IMG/VR virus record: IMGVR_UViG_3300049004_000016 | Location: 1 to 64,000 of that record | Reading direction: 5' to 3' (one strand) | Length of the DNA stretch: 64,000 bases | Source: a virus | Taxonomy: Duplodnaviria; Caudoviricetes | Shown: piece after piece, positions 1 to 9,920 of the stretch | How the letters are laid out: every line of letters begins with the position of its first letter | Numbering within the stretch: position 1 is the stretch's first letter | Notes under the pieces: generated by a model | Databases searched by the model: none | What the model saw: only the letters and a program-made list of their open reading frames with translations | What the model was told of the DNA's origin: nothing | Translations under genes and position numbers: made by a program

Positions 1-237
1 AGCGCGCCGCGCTGGAAAGCCGGTACGTGGCCAAGTGCAAGCGGGAAGGGGTCACGCCGTGAGCGTCCTGGTGTCGCTGCGGTGGGCCGCGTACTGGCTG
101 GCGCTGGTGTTCACCTCGATGGGCATCAGCGCGTCAGTGGTCAGCCACCCGGAGAACGCAGCGGTGTGCCTGTGCGTGGGTGTGCCTGCCGGTGTGGTGG
201 CCCTGGTGTTGTTCGGTGTCGAGCGGGGATGGTGGAG

Positions 238-444
238 ATGAGCGGCGCGAACGCGTGTGAGGACCGCAAGGGGCACCGGGAGTACTGGCGGGTCCAGATG
301 CGCCGGTGCAACTACTCGGCGTTCAACGGCTATCACTGGACGCCATCGGACTACTCCCTGGTGAGGTGTACGGCACCGCATTGTCGGGGTGCCTGGCGCA
401 CGAAAGCGGCGTACGTTGACGCACTTCCCGACCTAAAGGGTTGA
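238..444 (+). CDS. hypothetical Cys/His-containing protein
   Basis: ATG overlapping upstream stop; MSGANACEDRKGH...; ends at the promoter at 441. Confidence 0.55.
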   Translation: MSGANACEDRKGHREYWRVQMRRCNYSAFNGYHWTPSDYSLVRCTAPHCRGAWRTKAAYVDALPDLKG

Positions 445-468
445 CACTGACCCGTCAGTGGGTAGGGT
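441..468 (+). promoter_or_regulatory. class I (SigA-like) phage promoter TTGACA-ctGACC...GGG-TAGGGT
   Basis: TTGACA 441-446, TAGGGT 463-468; same architecture repeated at 8 other intergenic sites. Confidence 0.75.
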
Positions 469-516
469 TAAGGGTGTTGGTGCGACGGCCCAACAGAGAC
501 ACGGAGGCACAGGATC

Positions 517-981
517 ATGGAAACCGATTTCCTCACCGAAGCTGAGGCAGCCGAAGTCGGACTGATCACCCTGGGATGCGACCCCTGCCGTCAGGCAGTC
601 GGGCTGGCCCCAATCCACCCGGAACGGATCGCCCCCGGCACCTGGTACTACTGCCCCACCTGCCACACCCAGCGCAAGGTCAACGTGTGGAGCGACCGGC
701 TCCCCCACCCCGTGGACGCGTTCTTCGGTCTGCTGTGGGTCGCCATCATGCTGGCCGCGCTGGTCGGAATCCTGTACCTGGTCACCCTCGACGCCGCGAC
801 CCGCTACGGCCACGATTACCTCAACCAGGGCCACTACCTCGCCACCGTGTTCGTCGGGGCGCTGTGCTGGCTGGTGGTGGCGACCATCGCGACCCGCGTT
901 TACGCCCTGGTGTTGGGTGCGCTCGGCTGGTCCTTGCGCGCGGTGTGGGACGCCGTCCGGCCCGTGGGGAGACCAGCGTGA
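517..981 (+). CDS. membrane protein with N-terminal CxxC...CxxC zinc ribbon
   Basis: ACACGGAGG RBS at 499-507; CDPC/CPTC then two hydrophobic helices. Confidence 0.65.
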   Translation: METDFLTEAEAAEVGLITLGCDPCRQAVGLAPIHPERIAPGTWYYCPTCHTQRKVNVWSDRLPHPVDAFFGLLWVAIMLAALVGILYLVTLDAATRYGHDYLNQGHYLATVFVGALCWLVVATIATRVYALVLGALGWSLRAVWDAVRPVGRPA

Positions 982-1139
982 ACTACTGGAAGTGGCTGGT
1001 TTTCCTGCTGGTGCTGGTGCTCCACCTCGGTGTCATCGCGTTGAGCGTGTTCGCCGGCAAGTGGGAGTCCGTGGCCATGTTCACCGTGGCCGGTGTTTGC
1101 TTCTCAGCGGTCCTGTTCCCCAGGAGGCGACGGGCATGA
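978..1139 (+). CDS. small membrane protein
   Basis: GTGA overlap; MNYWKWLVFLLVLVLHLG..., two TM segments. Confidence 0.55.
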   Translation: MNYWKWLVFLLVLVLHLGVIALSVFAGKWESVAMFTVAGVCFSAVLFPRRRRA

Positions 1140-1519
1140 TCGGTCTGCACGACCAGCACAAGGCACTGAGCAACTACGACTACCTGAACCGCTTCGGCGG
1201 CCGGTACCGGTCCGTGTGCGCCGGTCTGTACCGGGTCGCCAGGACCCTGGTGGTGTCCGTCCTGGACGACCACGGCGACATCCGAAACGACCGCTCCGAC
1301 GCGGAGCTGTTCGCTGCCGTCGCCAAGCACCACCCCGACTACCAACGCCAGATCACGGAGCTGGACTCGCTCCGGCCGTTCCTGGTGCGCGGCGAGGTCG
1401 AACCGTTCGACCCCAAAGGCCCCGATGCGCTACATCGGGTCACACATCTGCGGTCAGCGGCCCACGATCTGCTGCTGCTGGCCATGACAGTCCGAGCGGA
1501 CGCGGAGGCACGACGATGA
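1136..1519 (+). CDS. hypothetical protein
   Basis: ATGA-coupled ORF in operon. Confidence 0.55.
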   Translation: MIGLHDQHKALSNYDYLNRFGGRYRSVCAGLYRVARTLVVSVLDDHGDIRNDRSDAELFAAVAKHHPDYQRQITELDSLRPFLVRGEVEPFDPKGPDALHRVTHLRSAAHDLLLLAMTVRADAEARR

Positions 1520-1938
1520 CCACCAGGCCGATCCAGTCGTACAACCTGGGGCTGATCCGGGTGGTGGTCCATTCCTTCGGGTACCTCCACGAGCCGCCAC
1601 CGGACGCCGATATCACCATCGACCTACGCCAGGTGGCGCGCGACCCCCACACCACCCCGGAGATGCGTGAGCTGACCGGGCTGGAACCCACCATCAAGTG
1701 GCACGTCCTGGACAACCCAGATGTCCTGGGAGTGCTCAGGGCGTTGTATCACCTCACCATGGCCTACCTGCCGTCCAAAGACGCGGCCGGGACAGTGGTG
1801 CGGGTCGCGATCGGGTGTGCGGGTGGCCGGCACCGTTCGGTGGTGGTCGCTAATGAGCTGGTGGACATGCTGACGGTGGTCGGTGTCGGTGCTGATGTTG
1901 AGCATCGGGACATCCTGCGTCCGGTGGTGATCCGGTGA
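1516..1938 (+). CDS. RapZ/YhbJ C-terminal-domain protein (stand-alone)
   Basis: HSFGY...DLR..RDP...RELTG...VAIGCAGGRHRSV motifs typical of the RapZ C-terminal domain. Confidence 0.8.
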   Translation: MTTRPIQSYNLGLIRVVVHSFGYLHEPPPDADITIDLRQVARDPHTTPEMRELTGLEPTIKWHVLDNPDVLGVLRALYHLTMAYLPSKDAAGTVVRVAIGCAGGRHRSVVVANELVDMLTVVGVGADVEHRDILRPVVIR

Positions 1939-2154
1939 CCGCGCCGAGCAAGTCAGCGTTCGAGTACTACCGGGAGGCCCAACGGCTTTACGCGGCGGCA
2001 GAGGAGATGGGGCCGGGTGCGGACCGCACTGATTCCCTCCTGGCCGCGACGGCGCAGGCCGCGTTGGCTACCGCGACGATGGCGATCTATGGGGACTGCC
2101 AGCGGGCTAAGTTTCCACTGAACACACGATGATCACCGACACGGAGGAGTGACC

Positions 2155-2337
2155 ATGGAATGGCGACGTAGGCGCCGGCACAGCAAGGGGCCGGTCTACT
2201 GGAACACCAGTTGGGGTTGGCCAACATCGTGGGGACTCCATGAGGGTCGGTCAACGTACAACGTGACTCGGCATCGGCTGACTGAGCGGTTGCCGTTCCG
2301 TTTGGGGTCGCTGATTTTCGGTGGCCGGAAGAGGTAG
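2155..2337 (+). CDS. small basic protein (DUF4236-like)
   Basis: ACACGGAGG at 2139-2147; MEWRRRRRHSKGPVYWN. Confidence 0.45.
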   Translation: MEWRRRRRHSKGPVYWNTSWGWPTSWGLHEGRSTYNVTRHRLTERLPFRLGSLIFGGRKR

Positions 2338-2360
2338 TGTGGTGGTCTCCCCCTTTCGGG

Positions 2361-2401
2361 CAGGAACCCCGGACCACGTGCTCAACGGTCCGGGGTTCCT
2401 G
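2361..2401. terminator. bidirectional terminator hairpin between convergent gene blocks
   Basis: perfect 15-bp inverted repeat CAGGAACCCCGGACC / GGTCCGGGGTTCCTG. Confidence 0.75.
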
Positions 2402-2632
2402 TCGTCGTGGGTCAGAAGTCGCCGTCGACTCCGACCGGCCAATCCTGTGCAGGTGCGGTAGCGGTGGGTGGGTTGGGGCAGAACCCCGGTGTGTCACCAC
2501 ACGCCAACGCCGGTGCCACCAGGCTCGTTGCTCCACCAGCCACCAGCAACGCGGCCACCGCTGCACCTGTCGCGATTACTCTGTTCATGATTCCTCCACC
2601 GATCTCCGGGCCCCTGACGGGCCTACAACCGG

Positions 2633-2661
2633 TGTATCGCTTCAACCACCGGTGGTGTTAC
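2633..2661 (-). promoter_or_regulatory. class II (SigD-like ECF) promoter GTAAC-N17-CGATACA
   Basis: one of 10 copies with fixed 17-nt spacer. Confidence 0.7.
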
Positions 2662-2669
2662 GGCCGGTG

Positions 2670-2954
2670 TCAGCGCCGGTACCAGCGCCCGTCACGGTCA
2701 TTGTGACGCCAGTGCTCCCACCGGTTGTGCTGCCGATCCCAACGCCACTGGTCATGCCCCTGACATGGGCGTGCCCACTGGTTGCGCTGGTTATCGCAGA
2801 AGTCGCCCCGGACTGGCTGGGCGACGCTGACGGCCCCTGCCTGCGGGGTCAGGGTGTCCGCTGACGCGGAACCAACACCGACCAGGGCGAGAGCCCCCGC
2901 TGCTGTGAGCACTCCAGCACCAAGCCGCGCTGCTGTGCGTGAACGTGCGATCAC
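2670..2954 (-). CDS. small secreted Trp/Arg/His-rich protein
   Basis: signal peptide ending ASA-D; HDQWRWDRQHNRWEHWRH tail. Confidence 0.55.
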   Translation of the reverse strand: MIARSRTAARLGAGVLTAAGALALVGVGSASADTLTPQAGAVSVAQPVRGDFCDNQRNQWARPCQGHDQWRWDRQHNRWEHWRHNDRDGRWYRR

Positions 2955-3062
2955 TAGTCGAACCTCCTGTATTCGTGTCCAGTTGACACCCTCATGGACG
3001 TTCGATTCTTACCGCGCGTTGTTCAAAGGCCCCTGGGTGTTACCTGTGAGGACGCTATCGGT

Positions 3063-3755
3063 CTAGCCAACGGCCCGTGACACCGTGATCCGGGCACCGG
3101 GGTGATCGGGTCCGTCACCGAACCCGGCGTAGTCCTTCACGCCGCGCGCGTCGAGGACCTGGCCGTCATCGAAATACAGTGCCGCGTCCTTCATCGCATC
3201 CAGGACAGCACGAATCAGCTTGTCCACGTCCGGCCTACTCACCGGATACGTCCGGCGCTTCTTCGGCGCGCTGATCGGTCGCTTCATCGAGAAGAACACG
3301 ACGACCACCAGGCCCGACCCGCGAGGGAACCGCCCGGCGTACTGCTCGGCCGCGCTTTTGACCTCCGACCGCCACGCTTTGAGCGGCCCTTCCATGTGCT
3401 TATTGTCGATCACCGTGGCGCGGCCGGTGAACTCCCGGCTGTCACCGCGCCCACGGTAGATCGGCATGGCACGTTTGGAGCCTTGCGGGACGGGTGTGCC
3501 CAAGACGTCGAACGTGATCGGGTCATGCGTCGGCAACACCGCTGCTGCGGTGGGCGTTGGCTTGTGCTTGACCAACTGGCGGATCACGGCTTCTCGCTCC
3601 GAGAGCTCGTTGAGCTCCGCTTGGATCAGCGGGCAGGTCCAGTCGTGGCGTTCGATTCCTTCCCACCATGTGGAGACACAGCAACTGGGGTCCAACGCAA
3701 CCGGTGCCAGTGTTGGATCGTCAGCGAATAGGTCCAACGTGGGTTGGATGGTCAC
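3063..3755 (-). CDS. rusA: RusA-family Holliday junction resolvase
   Basis: GTPVPQGSKR, RPDVDKLIRAVLDAM, DDGQV motifs. Confidence 0.88.
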   Translation of the reverse strand: MTIQPTLDLFADDPTLAPVALDPSCCVSTWWEGIERHDWTCPLIQAELNELSEREAVIRQLVKHKPTPTAAAVLPTHDPITFDVLGTPVPQGSKRAMPIYRGRGDSREFTGRATVIDNKHMEGPLKAWRSEVKSAAEQYAGRFPRGSGLVVVVFFSMKRPISAPKKRRTYPVSRPDVDKLIRAVLDAMKDAALYFDDGQVLDARGVKDYAGFGDGPDHPGARITVSRAVG

Positions 3756-4453
3756 GGTGTTTCACCTATCTCCCCGGCCAGTTCGGCGGCTGCGCTGTTC
3801 AGTGCGTCGGCCACGCCGTTCCGGTAGCTTTCGCTGCCCATCGTTTGGTTGGCCGCCCGGTTGAGCCACCGCAGGCACAGGGCGTTGATCCGGTCGTGCA
3901 GTTCTGTGGCTTCCCGTGCGGTGGGGATTGGGAGTTGTCCCGTCATTCCGTCCACCTCCTGGTGCCGATCTTGACGGCATGTTCGCAGCAAACGCAACCA
4001 TGCTGCGGTATGTCGTGGATACAGCAGTTGTCCATTTGGTCGCAGCAGGTGATTCCGGGGCGGTTCTGGAATGGGTTTTGAATCCAGGTGGCGCCGTCAA
4101 CGGTGCGGTGTGGTGGGGCGTGTCGGGCGTCGACAACGCACCGCAGCACCGGCGGTTCCTCATCACCGACCTTGAGTCCTTGCATGGTTTCCTGGCATAG
4201 GCCACCGCCGGGGGCACCGAGCGCGGTCAGCAAAGAACCAGCCCGGTTGAGGTAGTAGATCTGTTGGCGGCTGTTGAGCTGTGCCCCCACGGCACTGTCG
4301 GTGTAGGCCATGGCTTCGGCCATCACCTCCAGCGTCGGGTACGCCCGCGAAGGCTGGTCGACTGCCGGTTCGGTGTCTGCCGGTGCCCTGGTGGTGCCCA
4401 TACGCACCGACCGGATCACCACGTCGATACCGACCGTGATGGTGTGCTTGGAG

Positions 4454-4984
4454 CTATCCACCGTTGGCCTCCAATAGCGTCGCGTCATAAACCGGCGGTA
4501 CATCGGCCATCAGCTCCGCCCAATCGAACTTCCCGCGCAGCGCCTGGGTGACCGTCACATAACCACCGGACGTGTCGAGTCGTAATAAACGGCCGTCAAA
4601 TATCAGTGCGTACTTCGGCACCGCTTTGATCCGGCGAACGAATTCCTCACCCAGCTCCGTGATCTGCCACCACCCGGCGCGGCCCCCGTCCGGCCGCCGG
4701 ATCGGTTCCTCCTCGATCAGCCCCCAGTACCGCAGCTTGGCGTGGTCACCAGCGATGTGGTTCAGGACGGTGGGCATGTGGAAGGGCTCTCTGCCGGCCT
4801 TGCGATACGCCCGGATCAGGCCGTGGGTCATCGCGGAGTTCAGTGGCCTCCGGTAGACCCTGGTCAGTTGGGTGCAGCACGGGCAGGTCGCGCCACCGTC
4901 TTGGGCTGCTTGGGTCAGCCAGTCTCTGACTTCGCCGAGGAGCGCGTAGTCGGAGAATTTGCGGTCACTCACCGTGGGCTCCAA
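4454..4984 (-). CDS. conserved phage protein (CPCC zinc motif, winged-helix-like)
   Basis: CPCCTQLTRVYRR...KLRYWGLIEE...WQITELG. Confidence 0.6.
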   Translation of the reverse strand: MEPTVSDRKFSDYALLGEVRDWLTQAAQDGGATCPCCTQLTRVYRRPLNSAMTHGLIRAYRKAGREPFHMPTVLNHIAGDHAKLRYWGLIEEEPIRRPDGGRAGWWQITELGEEFVRRIKAVPKYALIFDGRLLRLDTSGGYVTVTQALRGKFDWAELMADVPPVYDATLLEANGG

Positions 4985-5813
4985 GGACTTGGCGTAGGTC
5001 CTCAGCGGCTTGCTCCAGCGTGACCATCTCGGCCGGTGCGGTCCTGGTTTCGGGGCCGATGACCCGGTTGAGCCACCGAGACCGCAGCGCCCAGAGGTTG
5101 TCTAGCAGCGCCTGGTATTGGGCGACGATTTGCGCCAGCGTTGGCCACGGGTCGTCGTCGCTGTCCTGGCCGGTTGGGGGTTCGTGGCCTTTGAGCCACG
5201 CTTCCATGACTAGGTCGTCCAGGCGGGTGCAGTCAGCGGTGTGGATGTTCACTGGTGCCCCGACACCGGGCAGCATCCCGATCCGCATCTGGCAGCACGG
5301 GATGTCGTCTGCCGGCGGCCCGTACTTATCCACGGTGGACACCACCTGGGTGGGTGGAGATGAAATCCACCAGCTCACGCGGTAGCCGCGTCGGGGTTTG
5401 GGCCTCCAGCAGCCGCACGACCGCGATCAGGGCCTGTTCGGTGGCCTGGAGGCGTCGCAGCAGCCCCAGACAGAACAACACCAGGCCGATGGCCAGCGCG
5501 GCACCAGCGATGCTCGCGAGGAACAACAGGACCTCAGTCACGGTGGCGTGCCTCCACCATCCTGGCGATCACGTTCGCGGCTTCCTCCAGGTCGCTAGCG
5601 GTGGGCAGCAGCAGCGGGTCAACACCGATCAGCACCGCCGTCGCCAACCGCCGGGCGTCGTGGTCTGACCCTTCGATCAGGACCACGGCTTTGGTGGGTG
5701 CGGTCTCGCACGCGGCCGACACGATCAACCGAGCCCGTTCCTCCATCTCCTCCGTTGTCCGGCCATCGCCGAGGCCGTGGGCGTGCATGGCCAGCAGCAG
5801 TGATCTGGTCACC

Positions 5814-6083
5814 TCATCGCGCACCGTGTCTAGTTGGGCTTTCTGGGCCACCGTTGGGCTGGTGTTGTTCGTCGTCATCGTTTGTCCTCCGTGTCTTGTC
5901 TCGGTCCATGCCGTCCTTGATCCAGTCCCGGATCGCGTCCGCGCGGGTCATTCCCCTGGCGATCGCCGCTTGGGTGACAGCCTCGAAGAACCCTGGGGTA
6001 ACTCTGGCCACCAGTAGGGAGGTGCGTTTCGGTTGTCCTGGATCACGGCCGACCAGCGGTTCTAGATCATTCTCATCAGCCAT
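5814..6083 (-). CDS. ribbon-helix-helix DNA-binding protein
   Basis: LLVARVTPGFFEAVTQAAIARGMTRADAIRDWI pattern. Confidence 0.6.
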   Translation of the reverse strand: MADENDLEPLVGRDPGQPKRTSLLVARVTPGFFEAVTQAAIARGMTRADAIRDWIKDGMDRDKTRRTNDDDEQHQPNGGPESPTRHGAR

Positions 6084-6115
6084 GCCCGGACCGTATCACC
6101 CGTGTGTAACTTACG

Positions 6116-6361
6116 TTATACGGGCTCGGGCTCCACCAGTACAGGATCTGGCTCCACCAACACCTTGATCATGCGCGGGCCGACCCCACGATGGATCGCA
6201 CCGTCGCACTCCAAGCTCTGCAACTGGTTGACCACCGAACTGGTCGACACCAACCCCACCTCGGCACCGATCTCCCGCACCGAGGGAGGGAACCCCTCGC
6301 TGTCCCGATACGCCACGATGAACCGCAAGATCCGGGTCTTCATCGGCTCCTTGGCGGTCAC
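6116..6361 (-). CDS. LexA-type N-terminal DNA-binding domain (no protease domain)
   Basis: ILRFI...GFPPSVREIGAEVGLVSTSSVVNQLQSLE.DGAI.R. Confidence 0.88.
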   Translation of the reverse strand: MTAKEPMKTRILRFIVAYRDSEGFPPSVREIGAEVGLVSTSSVVNQLQSLECDGAIHRGVGPRMIKVLVEPDPVLVEPEPV

Positions 6362-7437
6362 GCCACCGCCAACGCGGCCAGCAGGTTCAGGGTGTCACCC
6401 AACGCCGCGACGTCCCGACCGTTACCGCAACTGGTCGACACCCCCAGGCGACGGCCCAGGGTGTCCTCAGCGATACGCAGCGACCCCTTGAGGTAGTTCA
6501 GTGGGCGACCAACCCGCGCCAGCCCAGCGGACAGGTGCACGCTGGCTGGCAGCGCCATGTCATCACCGGGGAACCAGAACGACTCCCGCGCCGGTGGCGG
6601 TGTCTTGGAATCCCCGACCGGCCAGTGGACCGCGTCGAGGACCTGACCCTCCGGCCAGTACCGGATCAGTGCATCAGTGGACACCACCAGCGGGGAGCAG
6701 TCACGGGGGGAGATCAACGCTTCCCCGTTCTTGTTCCCGTAACACAGGTGGATGATCCACACCGTGCCGGCGGGTGCCATGGCGATGAACTCACCGACCT
6801 GACGGAACAACCAGTCAGCGGCCTTGTCTCGCGCCCGGCCTTTCAACCGCGCGACCGCGTACGTCTCCGCCGGTAGCTCCAGGTGAATCACCGGGATGGT
6901 CCGGGACGCCTCGTGCAGTGCACGGATAGCGCGGATCTCCCGCAGCGCGGCGTCGCGCTCAGCGGGGTAGTGCTTCAACGGGTTGAGCCACCGGAACCCG
7001 CCGACATCGAACGGGCCAGCGACACAGCATTGCGGCCGCATGGTGGGCAGGTCGTAGGTGTGGGTGACCTGCTGGAAGATCGGCAGCGCGATCCGTGCCT
7101 CGGTGGCGTAGGGCAGGGGAATGTCATCTGCGGTGATGGTGTGGCCTGGTTTGGCGATCAACCGTGGCGGGTCCAGGACCGGTCGCAGCGCGCGGGGTTC
7201 GCTCATCCGGGACCGGCGCAACACGGTCACCACGGGGGACGTGGCAGCGAAGTCCTCAATGAACTCGATGACCCAGTTGGGGTGCCGTGGCTGCCCGTTG
7301 GGCAGCGTCACCAGGTAGGGGCCGACCGTCGCGGCTGCCAGTTCCATGTACTGCCGGTCATCAGTGCCACCGGAACCCACGAGGTGGACCCGCCGGTGTG
7401 CGCTCACCTGTTCGATCACGGGCGGTAGCGTACTCAC
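6358..7437 (-). CDS. MetE/UROD-superfamily (core methionine synthase-like) protein
   Basis: HLVGS N-terminal motif, HLCYGN zinc motif, STSCGNGR C-terminal Cys; start placed at GTG 7437. Confidence 0.65.
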   Translation of the reverse strand: MSTLPPVIEQVSAHRRVHLVGSGGTDDRQYMELAAATVGPYLVTLPNGQPRHPNWVIEFIEDFAATSPVVTVLRRSRMSEPRALRPVLDPPRLIAKPGHTITADDIPLPYATEARIALPIFQQVTHTYDLPTMRPQCCVAGPFDVGGFRWLNPLKHYPAERDAALREIRAIRALHEASRTIPVIHLELPAETYAVARLKGRARDKAADWLFRQVGEFIAMAPAGTVWIIHLCYGNKNGEALISPRDCSPLVVSTDALIRYWPEGQVLDAVHWPVGDSKTPPPARESFWFPGDDMALPASVHLSAGLARVGRPLNYLKGSLRIAEDTLGRRLGVSTSCGNGRDVAALGDTLNLLAALAVA

Positions 7438-7592
7438 CTCACAAACCAGAGGGAGGCTGACGTGACCAGTGAGGATCGTGACCGCGCCATGGCTGAGTTG
7501 AAAGCCGCTGCCAGCGCGCGGGTTGCCGGTTTCCACGGTGGCCTTGACTCCACCGAGGACCTGCTTCCGGCGTGCTCCACCTGCGGGTGGTG

Positions 7593-8189
7593 TCACACCA
7601 CCGGATCACCAGCGGGTGCGGTGCTCGTGGTGGTGCCCGGTGAGCTGGCCGCGACCGTGTCGTGTAGCTGGTATCCCGCTCCCACCGCGCCTGGTGTGTA
7701 GGGCTCCAGGGTCGCTGTCAACGGCAGGTACAGGGGGTGACGTGGCGCCCCGGCCAGGGTGGTGCCCAGGCACAGCAGCGGCATCTCCGGGTACATGCGT
7801 TGGATCGCGCGGGTGACGACACCAGCGCGGTCGGTGGCGATGACGTTGGCGCCCCACGCGCACACCACCGCTGACACTTCCCGCAGGATGTCCTCGATGT
7901 AGTCCCAGTACCGGGGGCCGACGTTGTCGAGGGTGTCGTCCACCAGCTCGTAGGGGTCGGTGGCACGCCGGGCGTAGAGGTTGAACGCGGTCATCCCGTC
8001 GTACCCGGCGGCGCGGGTGTACCCCACACACCGGATCACGGTGGGATCGTTGATTTCCCGCCCGGTCTTCGACGGGTTCAACGTGCACCACCCCAGGCGC
8101 TCACCGGGGCCCCACACGCGGTCCAGGCGGTAGCGGTAGGTCTTGCAGTCGGAGATCACCGCGTCGCTGTGCGTCAACGGCTGGATCAT
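7593..8189 (-). CDS. DUF1643 family protein
   Basis: YRYRLDRVW, LNPS, DPTV.RC, NLYA.RATDP, VCAWG, PRHPLY. Confidence 0.88.
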   Translation of the reverse strand: MIQPLTHSDAVISDCKTYRYRLDRVWGPGERLGWCTLNPSKTGREINDPTVIRCVGYTRAAGYDGMTAFNLYARRATDPYELVDDTLDNVGPRYWDYIEDILREVSAVVCAWGANVIATDRAGVVTRAIQRMYPEMPLLCLGTTLAGAPRHPLYLPLTATLEPYTPGAVGAGYQLHDTVAASSPGTTTSTAPAGDPVV

Positions 8190-8851
8190 CAGTTCCCCCC
8201 AGGTGGCATGTACGGGGCGATCACGACTTCGACTTTGGTCCAGTCGATCGTGAACTCAGCCACCGCCGTCGCCCACATCTTGTCCCGACCGGTCACGGGG
8301 TGGCGGCAGATCGCGGTGTGGACCCGGGTTTCGACTTCGTCTTTGGTGTTGTGGACGCCTTTACCTGGCTGGTCGGACACCTCCGGCCACAAGTTCGCCG
8401 CGTCGCTGGCACCACCCATGGCTTCCGGGACCTCGTGGTCCAGCTCTGTGTCCGGCCGCTCCGACGCTGGTATCCCGTAGGCGATCATCGCTGCGGTCTT
8501 CATGCGGTTCGTTTCGGTGGTCGGTGGCCGGATACTGGCCGACCAGTCCGGTTTGCACACCGTCAGCTCTAGGTGCTGGGGGTCGACATCGGATCTGATC
8601 GCGCCCGGTGTGCACGCCCTGGCCGGTAGCCACGGGTCTTCCCCGGCAGCGCGCCGGCAGGTGGTGGGGTACACACCGGTGACGTGGCTGCTGGCGGGAA
8701 CCACCAGGATGCCCGGTGGCGATGACACGGTCTGCTGGAGTGTCTGCGGGGGCACCACGATGTGTGGCACCGGTCCCGCCGCGCACCCCACCACTGTGGC
8801 CACCGCAACCAACACCGCACCACCACGCCACCACATCACTGCTTCCCCCAA
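8189..8851 (-). CDS. secreted lipoprotein with HNH-like motif
   Basis: lipobox VVGC; ELDHEVP..MGG....NLWPE...K..VE. Confidence 0.65.
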   Translation of the reverse strand: MGEAVMWWRGGAVLVAVATVVGCAAGPVPHIVVPPQTLQQTVSSPPGILVVPASSHVTGVYPTTCRRAAGEDPWLPARACTPGAIRSDVDPQHLELTVCKPDWSASIRPPTTETNRMKTAAMIAYGIPASERPDTELDHEVPEAMGGASDAANLWPEVSDQPGKGVHNTKDEVETRVHTAICRHPVTGRDKMWATAVAEFTIDWTKVEVVIAPYMPPGGN

Positions 8852-9280
8852 ATCAGCCGGACCATCAGGTGAGCAAACGCGATCGCCGCTACCGGCGGCA
8901 CCAGTGTCAGGACCACCATGAACTCAAACCACGTCACAGGTCCTCCCCGTTCGCGGTCTTAGCGGCTAGCTCCGCGTCGGCTTGCGCGTCGAGCAGCCTC
9001 ATGCTGTCGCCCACCGGCACATCAACGAAATGATCATCTGTCTCGGTGATCCACCTGTCTGTGCCCAGCCGGGCGACCCGAACCAACTGCACGCGCGCCT
9101 TGCCGTGCCCAATGATGGTCCGGGCCTCCCAGCGGGCCTCCTCGATCGCCACACGCCGCGCATCGTGGCGGGCCTCCCGGCGCCTCGCAGCGCGGGAACC
9201 AGACACCACCACAGTGGCGACACCGAGCCCGGACAACCCGAACCCGGAGACCAGGTACAGAAGCACTGTGGTGGGGTCCA

Positions 9281-9880
9281 TCAGTTACACACCGGCACGT
9301 TGCCCTGCATGGTGCACTTGGTGGAGAAGTGGGAACTGGGCGCACCAATCGGCACGACTGCTGTGCCGTTCCACTGGGCGCCACCGGACTCGGTCTCCAC
9401 GAACCCCTCCCAGTACGTTGCCCGCGCCTGCCCGTCCGGCCCGACGCACATCACGTACGTCCCCGACGTTGACGGCGACTGATAGATCCCGTTGGGGTCC
9501 ATCTGCTCCAAGACCTGGTTAGTCCAGGAGCCGTTATTGCTGGCGTTCACGACCTGCTGTGGGTTCGATATAGAAGCGTTGGCTGGGATGGGATAACCGA
9601 TGCTGGCGCACTGCCGGATCGGGGCCGGTGAGCCCTGCTGGAACATGAACGTGGTGGTCTGCCCCGCGCCGATGGCTTGGGCCTTCTCGATCTCCATCAG
9701 GTTCTGCCGGTAAAGGCTGTACGGGAAAGCCGGGACAGGTTGCGCCGCGATAATGTCACCAGTCGCTGCTTGCTGGCCCGCGTTTTCCTTGTCCTGGGCA
9801 GACGGGGTGAAGGAACACCCGGTGGCAGCGGCCAGCGTGACCGCCACCGCCACCGCACCAATAGCGAAACGTCGTCTCAT
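9281..9880 (-). CDS. lipoprotein
   Basis: signal peptide with ATGC lipobox; SIGYPIP, MDPNGIY, TYVMC motifs. Confidence 0.7.
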   Translation of the reverse strand: MRRRFAIGAVAVAVTLAAATGCSFTPSAQDKENAGQQAATGDIIAAQPVPAFPYSLYRQNLMEIEKAQAIGAGQTTTFMFQQGSPAPIRQCASIGYPIPANASISNPQQVVNASNNGSWTNQVLEQMDPNGIYQSPSTSGTYVMCVGPDGQARATYWEGFVETESGGAQWNGTAVVPIGAPSSHFSTKCTMQGNVPVCN

Positions 9881-9920
9881 TGTCTTGCTCTCCTCCGTGG
9901 TATCCGTTTGGTTGGAATGA

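Noticed and set aside
1398-1410. TCGAAC-C-GTTCGA resembling an SOS box
   Set aside because: The spacer is 1 nt rather than 4 and the site is inside a coding sequence
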